Virus record (IMG/VR): IMGVR_UViG_3300049028_000001
Strand: one strand, 5' to 3'
Length of the DNA: 52,963 bases
Origin: a virus
Shown here: in pieces, positions 8,029 to 16,283 of the stretch
Layout: each line of letters opens with the position of its first letter
How positions within the stretch are numbered: the stretch's first letter is position 1
Notes under the pieces: model-generated
Seen by the model: only the letters and a program-made list of their open reading frames with translations
What the model was told of the DNA's origin: nothing
Database searches by the model: none
Made by a program: the position numbers and the translations under genes

Positions 8029-8346
8029 ATGAACCGCGAAGACGCTAAACGACTGTTGCCAATAATCCAAGCCTATGCAGAAGGTAAGGAGATTCAGGTA
8101 AAGACCCCTATAGGATGGCGTCCCAGTTCGGAGATGGTACACTTCGAATTAAGACCAGACCACTACCGAATCAAACCGGAATCGGTAAAGATTCGATATC
8201 GTAGGTATCTGTACAAAGGTTCCAATTCACCAAAAATGGGTATTTGTACAGATGGGGATTATTCCTATTCCGTACCTATGGAAAAACCCCGGTTCATCAA
8301 ATGGATTGACCCTGACTGGATCGAATACGAGTACACCCCGGAGTAA
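8029..8346 (+). CDS. hypothetical protein, paralog of 11187..11480
   Basis: Shares IIQAYAEGKEIQVKT..GW, YRIKPESVKIRYRRYLYKG and FIKWIDPDWIEYEY with the corresponding segments of ORF 11187..11480. Confidence 0.6.
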   Translation: MNREDAKRLLPIIQAYAEGKEIQVKTPIGWRPSSEMVHFELRPDHYRIKPESVKIRYRRYLYKGSNSPKMGICTDGDYSYSVPMEKPRFIKWIDPDWIEYEYTPE

Positions 8347-8349
8347 ATA

Positions 8350-8535
8350 ATGCTAACCTTTGTATTGATTCTTTTTGCACATGTAGGGCCATTGGGTGAT
8401 GGTAATTCCAATGCCCTTACTAGTGTCCCCGGCTTTGTCTCTAAGGCAGCTTGTGAGAATGCTGGCGTAGCAGCGCAGATGATGGCCCTGAACACCGTCA
8501 AGCGTATAGAATTCGTTTGTGTGCCGACCAACTAA
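8350..8535 (+). CDS. small secreted/membrane protein candidate
   Basis: 61 aa with a hydrophobic N-terminus (MLTFVLILFAHVG). The ATG lies 4 nt after the previous stop. Confidence 0.4.
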   Translation: MLTFVLILFAHVGPLGDGNSNALTSVPGFVSKAACENAGVAAQMMALNTVKRIEFVCVPTN

Positions 8536-8553
8536 CTAACGGAGTTAATGAAA

Positions 8554-9302
8554 TGGAACATGTAATTGCAACCCTCCCCTCTAAAGTCTCGCCTGAGGCT
8601 ATCATTACAGGGGCCCCTACAGCACTGAAGACGGGTCATGTAAATCATGCTGTAACCCTATTCGAGACCTTCTGTAATGAAGACCAAGAACAAACTAAGG
8701 TAAGCACGGTACGTGCAATGATTCACCTTACCTGCCCTGAATTCCAGGAGCAGTGCTCTAAGGCTGTAGAGATGGCAGATGCAGCCGATCGAGCTTCAGG
8801 TTGGCAACCCAAGGAAGGAGCTAAGGGTATCGCCAAGTATGGCCCTAAGCGTACTGTCCTCAACTCACGACTGAGTGAAGCTCGGCTGATCTTCGGTGCA
8901 ACCAAGATGGAACCCGGAGTCACCAAGGAACTAGGGTATTGGAAGGCCCTCGCTGCTAGTCGAACCTACCTTGATGAAAAGGGCCTGAAGTGGAACGGTG
9001 AACGTAAGCTCTCCAAGGATGAAAAGGAGAATAAAGCGGTAGCTAAACTCAACCTCAAAGCCATGGAGGAAGTGATGACACAGTACCCCATGGAACCCGG
9101 GGAGTCCATCAAGGACTACAACGAGAGAATGGCTACACTGGTTGATAAGGCCATTGAGGACAAGCGTATCGAACAGCGCAACGAGATGGTGGATAAGATT
9201 GTGGCTAGTCTTATCGAGAAGCACGACCCCGATACGCTGCTTCAGGTAGCAGACAAACTCTTTGGTAAGTTTGAGTTGGAAAACGAGGGCGAGCAGGTGT
9301 AG
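8554..9302 (+). CDS. hypothetical early protein (acidic, about 248 aa)
   Basis: In-frame ATG at 8554 with GGAG 9 nt upstream, preferred over the track start at 8517. No motif recognised. Confidence 0.55.
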
Positions 9303-9511
9303 TGTCCTTGCCCCTACCTACGAAAGTGGGAGGGGGTAATTCACTACGTCGGTTTGTTGACGTAGGTTACCAAGGGAGAATAGGTAATATGGACGCTGTT
9401 TTGACCCAATTTACCCGTTACTGCGCGCATTGCGCTCGGTATCACATCCAACCAAATAGTTTTACGCGATTTGTTTGTGATGTGTTCCCTTATACTACAT
9501 TTCAGGAGTGA
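9302..9511 (+). CDS. hypothetical protein (start uncertain)
   Basis: Track ORF with a GTG start overlapping the previous stop. An internal ATG at about 9389 has a GGGAGA ribosome-binding site and would give a 40-aa Cys-containing peptide (YCAHCARY). Confidence 0.3.
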   Translation: MSLPLPTKVGGGNSLRRFVDVGYQGRIGNMDAVLTQFTRYCAHCARYHIQPNSFTRFVCDVFPYTTFQE

Positions 9512-9517
9512 GAGAAT

Positions 9518-9721
9518 ATGAGACTTAGTAGCATGATCCATAGCTTCGATCCGGTATCACAAGAACCTCTAGTCAAGCTAGAGGATGCACAGAAGGCTAT
9601 GAGTATTCAGCGTGAAGAGCACTACAAAACCCTAGAAGAAATTGATGCGTTACATAACTATGCCTATGTGATCCTCGCTTTGGTGGCAGTGGCTGCCGGC
9701 GTGGCGATGTTCTTCTTTTAA
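9518..9721 (+). CDS. small protein with C-terminal transmembrane helix
   Basis: AGGAG ribosome-binding site. The C-terminus YVILALVAVAAGVAMFFF is hydrophobic. Confidence 0.5.
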   Translation: MRLSSMIHSFDPVSQEPLVKLEDAQKAMSIQREEHYKTLEEIDALHNYAYVILALVAVAAGVAMFFF

Positions 9722-9733
9722 AGGAGGTATGTC

Positions 9734-9811
9734 ATGGGTCTTCATGCTGGCTGGTTATTCTGGGCGATAATCGCCTATAGCCTGCTCTGTGGAGCGACGG
9801 TGTTCCTGTAA
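9734..9811 (+). CDS. 25-aa hydrophobic micropeptide candidate
   Basis: A strong AAGGAGG ribosome-binding site 6 nt before the ATG. MGLHAGWLFWAIIAYSLLCGATVFL is a single transmembrane-like segment. Confidence 0.35.
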   Translation: MGLHAGWLFWAIIAYSLLCGATVFL

Positions 9812-9908
9812 CACCTGGTTACAATTTAAATACCACGGATAGCCTGATTGTGGCTATACTAGATTCACGTAGCGAATTGGCTACGGGTATTTAGAAAGGT
9901 CTATCATC

Positions 9909-10235
9909 ATGGCTATCCCCGAAGCTCTCTTGAAGGTTGCCGCTAACGATCTTGGCACCGCTAACGTAATCGCACAGATGCTTAATCCCGGTGAAAAGGT
10001 TGCATACGGCTCGCGGTGGGCGCGGTTCCAGAAGATTGCACCCCGTGCGTATCGAATCGAGCGCGGTGATGGGGAACAAGTCAAGTCCGACGAAGTTACA
10101 TCTCCCGCAGTTGCGAAGATGATGGTGATTCAACATGTGGCTACCCAGCCTATTGAAGCTTCCCCCGACAGTAAGATGAGTGCTACAGATCAACTTAAAG
10201 CCACTGAGGCAATGCAGAAAGGTGAACCAGGATGA
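9909..10235 (+). CDS. hypothetical early protein
   Basis: 108-aa track ORF, co-directional with the operon and in an ATGA overlap with the next ORF. The antisense track ORFs are R/S/L-rich shadows. Confidence 0.5.
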   Translation: MAIPEALLKVAANDLGTANVIAQMLNPGEKVAYGSRWARFQKIAPRAYRIERGDGEQVKSDEVTSPAVAKMMVIQHVATQPIEASPDSKMSATDQLKATEAMQKGEPG

Positions 10236-10465
10236 TGGCATATATCATCCAACTAACCCTAAAACTCCCCTCAGGTAAGAACTTGAGGGGATACATTCAA
10301 CTGATTAATGGTTCCACGGAACTATTTGAGCAGCGAGACTTTGCTACCCGATTTAAGACACGTCAGGAAGCAGAGAAAATAGCTAGAGATACCATAAAGG
10401 AAATGGGATCTATGTCTAACTTGGAGTTTGAATTAATTGCAGTACGTGCTAGACGCATCCTGTAA
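10232..10465 (+). CDS. hypothetical early protein
   Basis: 77 aa. Last gene before the terminator at 10473. Confidence 0.5.
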   Translation: MMAYIIQLTLKLPSGKNLRGYIQLINGSTELFEQRDFATRFKTRQEAEKIARDTIKEMGSMSNLEFELIAVRARRIL

Positions 10466-10472
10466 TAAAGCA

Positions 10473-10496
10473 ACCCGCCTAACCAGCGGGTTTTTT
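10473..10496 (+). terminator. rho-independent terminator ending the G+C-rich early operon
   Basis: ACCCGC-ctaacca-GCGGGT stem followed by TTTTTT. Confidence 0.8.
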
Positions 10497-10592
10497 ATTG
10501 CCTTGAATGTAACAAAAAGTAACGCAACGTGCGATTAGTGAACAGCGAGCGAGGGATACCGAGCGGTTTAACAACGGTGTTAAACGGCAGCA

Positions 10593-10790
10593 ATGAGGAA
10601 TATCGAATCGAGTGGCCCCTGTTATTTGGAGAAAGTTTTGAGATATCAGATTGTGAGCGAAGAAGATACAGGAAGTCTAATCAGATGGATAAACGATTTT
10701 ATGAAAGCTGGTTGGAAACCCTTGGGCTCTCCTTTCGTAGTTGGGCGCAAGATTTGCCAAGCAATGATTAAGGAAGGTCTATCAACATGA
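10593..10790 (+). CDS. DUF1737-like small protein
   Basis: YQIVSEEDTGSLIRWINDFMKAGWKPLGSPFVV resembles the DUF1737 pattern (Y.iv...l...vn..i..GW.P.G). Chosen over the overlapping frame 10529..10771. Confidence 0.4.
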   Translation: MRNIESSGPCYLEKVLRYQIVSEEDTGSLIRWINDFMKAGWKPLGSPFVVGRKICQAMIKEGLST

Positions 10791-11170
10791 ACGAGCAACT
10801 ACAAACTAAGCTAGTAGAGATTCTGGGTAATATCCAGAGTGCTACCAAGAGTGCAGGTGATTTTGCTTTAAGTCAATTACCAGATCTAGCACAAAGCTAT
10901 ATTCTGTATGGACGAGTAGTCGAAACTTTCACTGTTCTTACTAGTCTTTTGGTCTTTATTCTAAGTTGCTGGTTACTTTTCTTATGTATCAGTAAATTCT
11001 ACTTTGCAGAAGGTGGGGATATTGATCTCCAAGGAATGGGTATAGTACTAACACTTATAAGTGGTAGTATCTCCTTTATTGTTGGTCTTTGTAATCTTTC
11101 TTCTTTGTTTCTTGTCTGGCTTGCCCCCAAGGTTTGGTTGATTAAAGAACTTGCAACTCTGATTAAATAA
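10787..11170 (+). CDS. multi-pass membrane protein
   Basis: 127 aa with at least three hydrophobic helices (TVLTSLLVFILSCWLLFLCI, GIVLTLISGSISFIVGL, LFLVWLAP). Confidence 0.55.
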   Translation: MNEQLQTKLVEILGNIQSATKSAGDFALSQLPDLAQSYILYGRVVETFTVLTSLLVFILSCWLLFLCISKFYFAEGGDIDLQGMGIVLTLISGSISFIVGLCNLSSLFLVWLAPKVWLIKELATLIK

Positions 11171-11186
11171 TACGGAGAGAAACGAC

Positions 11187-11480
11187 GTGAAACCACATAA
11201 GCACTGTGAAGTAATCAAGGCATGGGCAGATGGCCATGAGATTCAAATCAAAACCCTTACGGCGGGTTGGGTGACCACCCTCGGGCCTGTTTGGAATGAA
11301 AACTTTGAATATCGGGTTAAACCTAAGACAATTAAGTATCGAGTAGCTTTGTATAAAGGTCAAGTCAGTGATAACTATTGGGCAGCTGCTCTTCAAGATG
11401 AACTACAGAAAGACACCCTACTTCATAGTATTTTCGTTCGCTGGTTAACTGATTGGATTGAGGTAGAAGTAGATGGTTAA
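11187..11480 (+). CDS. hypothetical protein, paralog of 8029..8346
   Basis: VIKAWADGHEIQIKT..GW, YRVKPKTIKYRVALYKG and FVRWLTDWIEVEV align with ORF 8029..8346. Confidence 0.6.
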   Translation: MKPHKHCEVIKAWADGHEIQIKTLTAGWVTTLGPVWNENFEYRVKPKTIKYRVALYKGQVSDNYWAAALQDELQKDTLLHSIFVRWLTDWIEVEVDG

Positions 11481-11679
11481 GTGTTTAGAAGGATATGTAG
11501 TTAAGTTCTACTATCAAAGTAAGCCTGTTAAAGCCTTATTCCTTGAGAAGCATGCAGCCGAACAGCATGCAATTAAATGGCACGGAACAATTAGTGAATT
11601 GTATTCTGACGTAGAAGACACATGTCAAGAAAGCCGAGTCTTACCGCGTTCGTCTACGATCGGCGAAATCGACTGTTAA
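11473..11679 (+). CDS. hypothetical protein
   Basis: 68-aa track ORF in operon orientation. It overlaps the neighbours at both ends. Confidence 0.35.
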   Translation: MVKCLEGYVVKFYYQSKPVKALFLEKHAAEQHAIKWHGTISELYSDVEDTCQESRVLPRSSTIGEIDC

Positions 11680-11930
11680 GTATCGGTCGTAATAGTTATG
11701 TAAAGACTCATCCCTTGATGGCCAAAGCTGCTAATCAGGTAGGAGAACCCACAAGGATCTATCTACATGCGGAAGTAGCAGCCCTAGTAAAGATTAGGGA
11801 TTGGTCTAAAGCGTATCGAATAGTAATCACCCGGTTTAATAAAGATGGAAACCCCGTTCTTGCGGCACCATGTGCCTGTTGCAGACACGTTATCTCCCAA
11901 ACAGGAATCAAACGAATCGAACACACCTAA
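11622..11930 (+). CDS. minimal cytidine/deoxycytidylate-deaminase-fold zinc protein
   Basis: HAEVAAL (H-A-E zinc/catalytic motif) and PCACCRHVI (PCxxC) at the canonical spacing, in only 102 aa. Confidence 0.6.
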   Translation: MSRKPSLTAFVYDRRNRLLSIGRNSYVKTHPLMAKAANQVGEPTRIYLHAEVAALVKIRDWSKAYRIVITRFNKDGNPVLAAPCACCRHVISQTGIKRIEHT

Positions 11931-11983
11931 GAAGTTTATTGGTTCGGGTGAAGATGTTTGTTTAGAAGAGATGAGGGAACCGA

Positions 11984-12379
11984 ATGGCGACTCAACAGAT
12001 TGATGGTATTTATTTATCTGGATATTTTGATCCAGATTCTCGTGGAGTAAATGTTTGTGGGTTAACGGAATTAGCAGGATTTACTTATAATACTGTAGAA
12101 GCCCCTTTTGATAAGTTCCTAGAGAAAGTAGCCATAAAAACAGGATGGTATAAACCACAGGGAAACTTTCTCTTTGCTGTCACCCATCAGCAAATCACTT
12201 ATGCTAAGTCGGAGTCCTTTCTTCATTACTTAATCTACCACCCTAATACTCGGGTTATTCATACGTACAACAATAATGCTCATGCTCCTAATTCTCTGAT
12301 ATTAATTTGTATTCATCATATGTTCCCTGAGCAGGTGAATCGCCTGGATTTAACAAATAATGTTAAAGATTATCTATGA
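11984..12379 (+). CDS. hypothetical protein
   Basis: 131-aa track ORF. ATGA overlap with the next ORF. Confidence 0.5.
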   Translation: MATQQIDGIYLSGYFDPDSRGVNVCGLTELAGFTYNTVEAPFDKFLEKVAIKTGWYKPQGNFLFAVTHQQITYAKSESFLHYLIYHPNTRVIHTYNNNAHAPNSLILICIHHMFPEQVNRLDLTNNVKDYL

Positions 12380-12657
12380 TAAAGTTTGCTTTAGTGTCTT
12401 ATGGATATAATGAGTATGCTGAGACTTTCGATAGGTTAACTTATGGAGAAAGTAAAAACGACGTAAATGAGTTTTTAGCTAAATGGGACTATAAAGTAAA
12501 TTTAAATGGTGGTGAAATAACACACGCCAGATGCGTTGTCTTTGAATTTGATCCCAGTACAGGGGAAATGACTCCCGTTACTAATGAGAAGTTTTCACGA
12601 GTTAAGCCACTACCTAGAATGATCAACCGAAATGATAAACATCCTACTTCCCAGTAA
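12376..12657 (+). CDS. hypothetical protein
   Basis: 93-aa track ORF, translationally coupled upstream. Confidence 0.45.
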   Translation: MIKFALVSYGYNEYAETFDRLTYGESKNDVNEFLAKWDYKVNLNGGEITHARCVVFEFDPSTGEMTPVTNEKFSRVKPLPRMINRNDKHPTSQ

Positions 12658-12982
12658 GCGACCCATATTAGAACTACCCAATTACACAAAACAGCCATCT
12701 AAAAAGACTCTCTTTGAAGAAGCACAGCGCCGGGATTTAATCGTCCGTAATATTGCTGCTAAGCTTACATATGGACCCGGGGATTGGGTAACACCGAATA
12801 AACCAGAGAGTGTCAATGAATATGGGGATCGCGTTAAGATTCTACGCATCTGTGATACCTATGGTAAGTTCGGTAAAGATGAAGTTTGGCCAGAGAGTGA
12901 CAATCCGATGATTGTCCATGCGTGGTCAGAAAAGCTTGATACTACATTCATGTGTACTGCTAATTTTCTAGTTAAGAAATGA
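12632..12982 (+). CDS. hypothetical protein
   Basis: 116-aa track ORF. Its stop overlaps the start of the amidotransferase gene (ATGA). Confidence 0.45.
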   Translation: MINILLPSKRPILELPNYTKQPSKKTLFEEAQRRDLIVRNIAAKLTYGPGDWVTPNKPESVNEYGDRVKILRICDTYGKFGKDEVWPESDNPMIVHAWSEKLDTTFMCTANFLVKK

Positions 12983-13629
12983 CAACTCTAGGATACTCTC
13001 CTTATAACGCTCCCTCTTTCAATAATCCTATCTATCCTTTTGATACCCTGTTTGATAATCATATTGATTTAAAGCACCAAGAAACCCTAGATAATGTAGA
13101 TGCTGTAGTGTTGTGGGGTGGTACTGATATTTGCAGTCAACTCTACAATGAACCCAAGCATCGGTTTAGTTACGGACCTAACTACCCTTCAACGAGGGAC
13201 ATCTTCGAGTGGAATATCCTACGAGAAGCTATTCGATTAAAGAAACCAATCATTGGGGTATGCCGAGGAGCACAATTAATTTGTGCTTTTGCTGGAGGTA
13301 AACTAGTTCAAGACTGTACTGGGCATGGTGGGGGTAGTCATAGTATTACAACTTCTGATGATAAGCATTTCTCTGTGACTAGTTCTCATCACCAAATGAT
13401 GTTTCCCTTCAAGGTTAAGTATGAGATGCTGGCTTGGAGTACCACAAATCTTAGTAGAGAATATAATGGTATCTCTCCAGAGGAGGAGATGCAGATTGAA
13501 AAGGAACCTGAAGTAGTTTACTTCCCAGAGATTAATGCCATGGCAATTCAATGTCATCCAGAATGGCATAAAGCAGATGATCCATTTAATAAGTGGATTC
13601 TTGAGAAGATTACGGAGATTCAATTCTAA
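12979..13629 (+). CDS. class I glutamine amidotransferase / peptidase C26 (gamma-glutamyl hydrolase-like)
   Basis: Nucleophile elbow GVCRGAQL and a His-Glu pair in IQCHPEW. Size is about 216 aa. Confidence 0.65.
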   Translation: MTTLGYSPYNAPSFNNPIYPFDTLFDNHIDLKHQETLDNVDAVVLWGGTDICSQLYNEPKHRFSYGPNYPSTRDIFEWNILREAIRLKKPIIGVCRGAQLICAFAGGKLVQDCTGHGGGSHSITTSDDKHFSVTSSHHQMMFPFKVKYEMLAWSTTNLSREYNGISPEEEMQIEKEPEVVYFPEINAMAIQCHPEWHKADDPFNKWILEKITEIQF

Positions 13630-13667
13630 GGCGGATTCCGCCTAATAACAGTATTTGAGGATAAAAG

Positions 13668-14423
13668 ATGAGACTAGGTAGTGATCCAGAAGTGTTTCTA
13701 CAAGATCAGAGTGGGAAACACATCTCAGTTATCGGAATGATTGGTGCAGATAAGTGGAATCCTAAGCAGGTACCTGATATGCCTGAGGGGTTTACACTAC
13801 AGGAGGATAACGTATCGTTGGAGTTTGGTATTCCTCCTGCTCGTGACGCGGAGGAGTTTGCTAACAATATCGAATTGGTATTGAAGGCGGGTCTATCAAA
13901 CGTTAACGGCCTTCAGTTTAGTAAGCTTAGCTGTACGATCTTTCCTGAGGATCAGTTAGCTCATCCTATGGCATCGGTATTCGGCTGTGAACCAGACTTC
14001 AATGCATGGACAGGTTTAGAGAATCCACGCCCAACACCACCACATAAGGGTATGCGTAGTGCTGGGGGGCATGTACACATTGAGACTAAGGAGGATCCTC
14101 GTGTGGTTGTGCAAAATTGTGATGTGCACCTCGGGCTTGCTAGCGTTTTACTTGATGATGGTATTGAACGGAAGAAGGTTGGTTATGGAGCGGCTGGAGC
14201 GTTTCGCCCTAAACCTTATGGCGTTGAGTATCGGACTCTTTCTAATTTCTGGATTTTTAGTCCTAAGTTTTCCAAATGGATTTGGCGAGCTACTGAACGT
14301 GCGTTAGGTAATCTTCGGACATTTAACAACACCGAATCCGAATATATCCAGAAAGCTATCAATACGGGTAATCGTCGGATTGCCTCTGAACTAATTGAAT
14401 ATTTCCAGGTACTGATGCCATGA
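13668..14423 (+). CDS. phage COOH-NH2 ligase (glutamine-synthetase-fold, phiEco32-type) candidate
   Basis: GSDPEVFL at the N-terminus, LEFGIPP, GCEPDFNAW, AGGHVHIE and GVEYRTLSNFW resemble the phage type-2 COOH-NH2 ligase family recalled from comparative-genomics literature. Confidence 0.5.
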   Translation: MRLGSDPEVFLQDQSGKHISVIGMIGADKWNPKQVPDMPEGFTLQEDNVSLEFGIPPARDAEEFANNIELVLKAGLSNVNGLQFSKLSCTIFPEDQLAHPMASVFGCEPDFNAWTGLENPRPTPPHKGMRSAGGHVHIETKEDPRVVVQNCDVHLGLASVLLDDGIERKKVGYGAAGAFRPKPYGVEYRTLSNFWIFSPKFSKWIWRATERALGNLRTFNNTESEYIQKAINTGNRRIASELIEYFQVLMP

Positions 14424-14878
14424 AGATTCCTAAGCCGATTCTTGGATCTGCTCTTAAAGCCTACTTTATGGAGCATGTGAAGCCTATTCCCCAAGATACT
14501 CCCGGCTTCTATAGAGTAACCAGACCTCTTCACGTATTTAAGAGTACCCATCAATATAGGGATGGTGCTTTCTGTATTACTAATTTGATGATTCCTAAAG
14601 GGGCTTTTATTTATGCTCCTGATATCTGTTTCGCGGCTGGGCATCAGCCTAATGAGTATCATCATCGTAAGATGCGTGCCTCGTCGGCCTCTGTTCATTC
14701 TAACTTTACGAAAAGGACAAAGGAGAGAGTGCAGGAGGCTTCCTCTTGTTATTCTCCCATCTTTAAATATAAAGAAGGAACTAAGGTAAAGCCACAGATG
14801 CCTTTCTCTCATGAACCACATACTTGTGATTATGGAATCCATTTCTTTCTAAACCTTTACGATGCTTATAATTATTAA
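14420..14878 (+). CDS. hypothetical protein inside the ligase cassette
   Basis: 152 aa. ATGA coupling upstream, and the next ATG lies 3 nt after its stop. The 208-aa antisense track ORF is R/S/L-rich and judged a shadow. Confidence 0.45.
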   Translation: MKIPKPILGSALKAYFMEHVKPIPQDTPGFYRVTRPLHVFKSTHQYRDGAFCITNLMIPKGAFIYAPDICFAAGHQPNEYHHRKMRASSASVHSNFTKRTKERVQEASSCYSPIFKYKEGTKVKPQMPFSHEPHTCDYGIHFFLNLYDAYNY

Positions 14879-14880
14879 TC

Positions 14881-15480
14881 ATGTTTGTAGACTCTAATAA
14901 CTGGGACGACTGTAAGAAGTACTTTGAAGGTACTTGGGTTAAATTCAAAGAGGAGGGTGATAATACCATTTGGTATATCAATGAAGTAACCCCAAAACAT
15001 CTCTTTGCTAAAAGTGTAGATGAAAAGGAAATTATCGGGGTTGATCTAGAGATAGGATATACTCTCGATTATGTAATCCCAAAGAAGACAACTTATCAAT
15101 TACATGAGAGTGCTGTTAATCTTTCCAGGATTCCTGCAAGGCAATGGAAGAAGGGAATGAATAAACAGAATACCTTATTTCAAGTACTGACTGGAGACGG
15201 TATTTGGTTACCAGCACCATTCCAACCTGATGTAATTAATGGGTTTGTAAATAAACCGGGATATTACACTCCCCATGATGCACTCCGAGAATTCAAGGCT
15301 AGTGAACATCTCCGAAGCGCAGCCCTGAATCCGAGAATGTCCATTGCTAGGAATGGTACAATCTTTGTTGATACTGTGCTTGTCGCTAGGTTTGACGGGG
15401 AACGTTTGATCACGAAGAGTCTGTTTGTTCCTGAAATTTCGGCAATGTTCCCAGAATGGAAGATTAAGACAGTAAAATGA
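14881..15480 (+). CDS. hypothetical protein inside the ligase cassette
   Basis: 199-aa track ORF. Its stop overlaps the next start (ATGA). Confidence 0.5.
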   Translation: MFVDSNNWDDCKKYFEGTWVKFKEEGDNTIWYINEVTPKHLFAKSVDEKEIIGVDLEIGYTLDYVIPKKTTYQLHESAVNLSRIPARQWKKGMNKQNTLFQVLTGDGIWLPAPFQPDVINGFVNKPGYYTPHDALREFKASEHLRSAALNPRMSIARNGTIFVDTVLVARFDGERLITKSLFVPEISAMFPEWKIKTVK

Positions 15481-16283
15481 GCATGGAAGCTAAACCCGTA
15501 ATTGATATCAAAACTCACTTTGGATTACCAGTAAATTTTAAACTAAATAAATTTACTCCCAAACAGTTTGTGTGTGGGTGTGAGTTTGAGATTGAAAGTA
15601 TTCTGAATTGGGAGAATCTGGGAGGATTTGTATCAGTAGAAGAGGATCATTCTTTACGAAATAATGGTAAAGAATTCAAGACTCCTCCTGTAGGTTTTGA
15701 GTTGGCACTTGAAACTTTTAGGATTCTTCACGACAATATTAAGTTAGGACCGAATCCCTTTAGTGAGCGCACTTCTATTCATGTGCATGTAAATGTCCGT
15801 GACCTTTCCTTAAAGGACGTTCGCAATCTAATTCTAACGTATGCTCTACTAGAACCCCTGTTCTTTGAGTTTGCAGGAGAAACTCGTAAAGGCTCAATCT
15901 TCTGTGTACCTCTGAGTTATACATATCTACCTAGTCTATACAAGCATCCAATTACGATGCTTCTTGACAAGTGGAAGAATAATAAGTACACAGCATTTAA
16001 TCTGTTGCCTATTACTTCTTTTGGTACTGTGGAGTTTCGTCACCTTTATGGTACTGGTGATGAGCAAGTTTTTACAACGTGGTTAACTGCAATCAAAGAA
16101 CTATATGACTACGTTGTGAATCATCCCGAATTAGAAGTAACAGAACTTCTAAAGGAGCCTATTGCAAAAGTAGCCTTGGAAATTATTCCTTCACTAGCAA
16201 AGTTATATTCTGTTAATCGGATTACAGAACTAACACAGGATTCTGTAGTTGATATCAAACTGTCCAAAGGCGGGCTTAAATAA
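15477..16283 (+). CDS. Amidoligase_2-type putative amidoligase
   Basis: CGCEFEIES, EEDHSLRNNGKEFKTPP, TSIHVHVNV and GTVEFRHLYGT fit the putative amidoligase enzyme family pattern. Confidence 0.5.
   Translation: MSMEAKPVIDIKTHFGLPVNFKLNKFTPKQFVCGCEFEIESILNWENLGGFVSVEEDHSLRNNGKEFKTPPVGFELALETFRILHDNIKLGPNPFSERTSIHVHVNVRDLSLKDVRNLILTYALLEPLFFEFAGETRKGSIFCVPLSYTYLPSLYKHPITMLLDKWKNNKYTAFNLLPITSFGTVEFRHLYGTGDEQVFTTWLTAIKELYDYVVNHPELEVTELLKEPIAKVALEIIPSLAKLYSVNRITELTQDSVVDIKLSKGGLK

Noticed and set aside
13630-13642. Hairpin GGCGG-att-CCGCC after the class I amidotransferase gene as a terminator
   Set aside because: It has only a 5-bp stem with a 3-nt loop and no following T-run. The next gene of the same cassette starts 25 nt later. 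At most it is an RNA-stability element.
14216-14842. A 208-aa minus-strand ORF overlapping the ligase cassette, plus many other antisense or alternative-frame track ORFs (for example 564..860, 996..1229, 7185..7502, 9891..10241, 29653..30003, 38801..39130, 49927..50238)
   Set aside because: Their translations are R/S/L/C-rich with no motifs. They lie fully inside longer ORFs that have recognisable motifs or translational coupling, and they oppose the local operon direction. I treat them as shadow ORFs.
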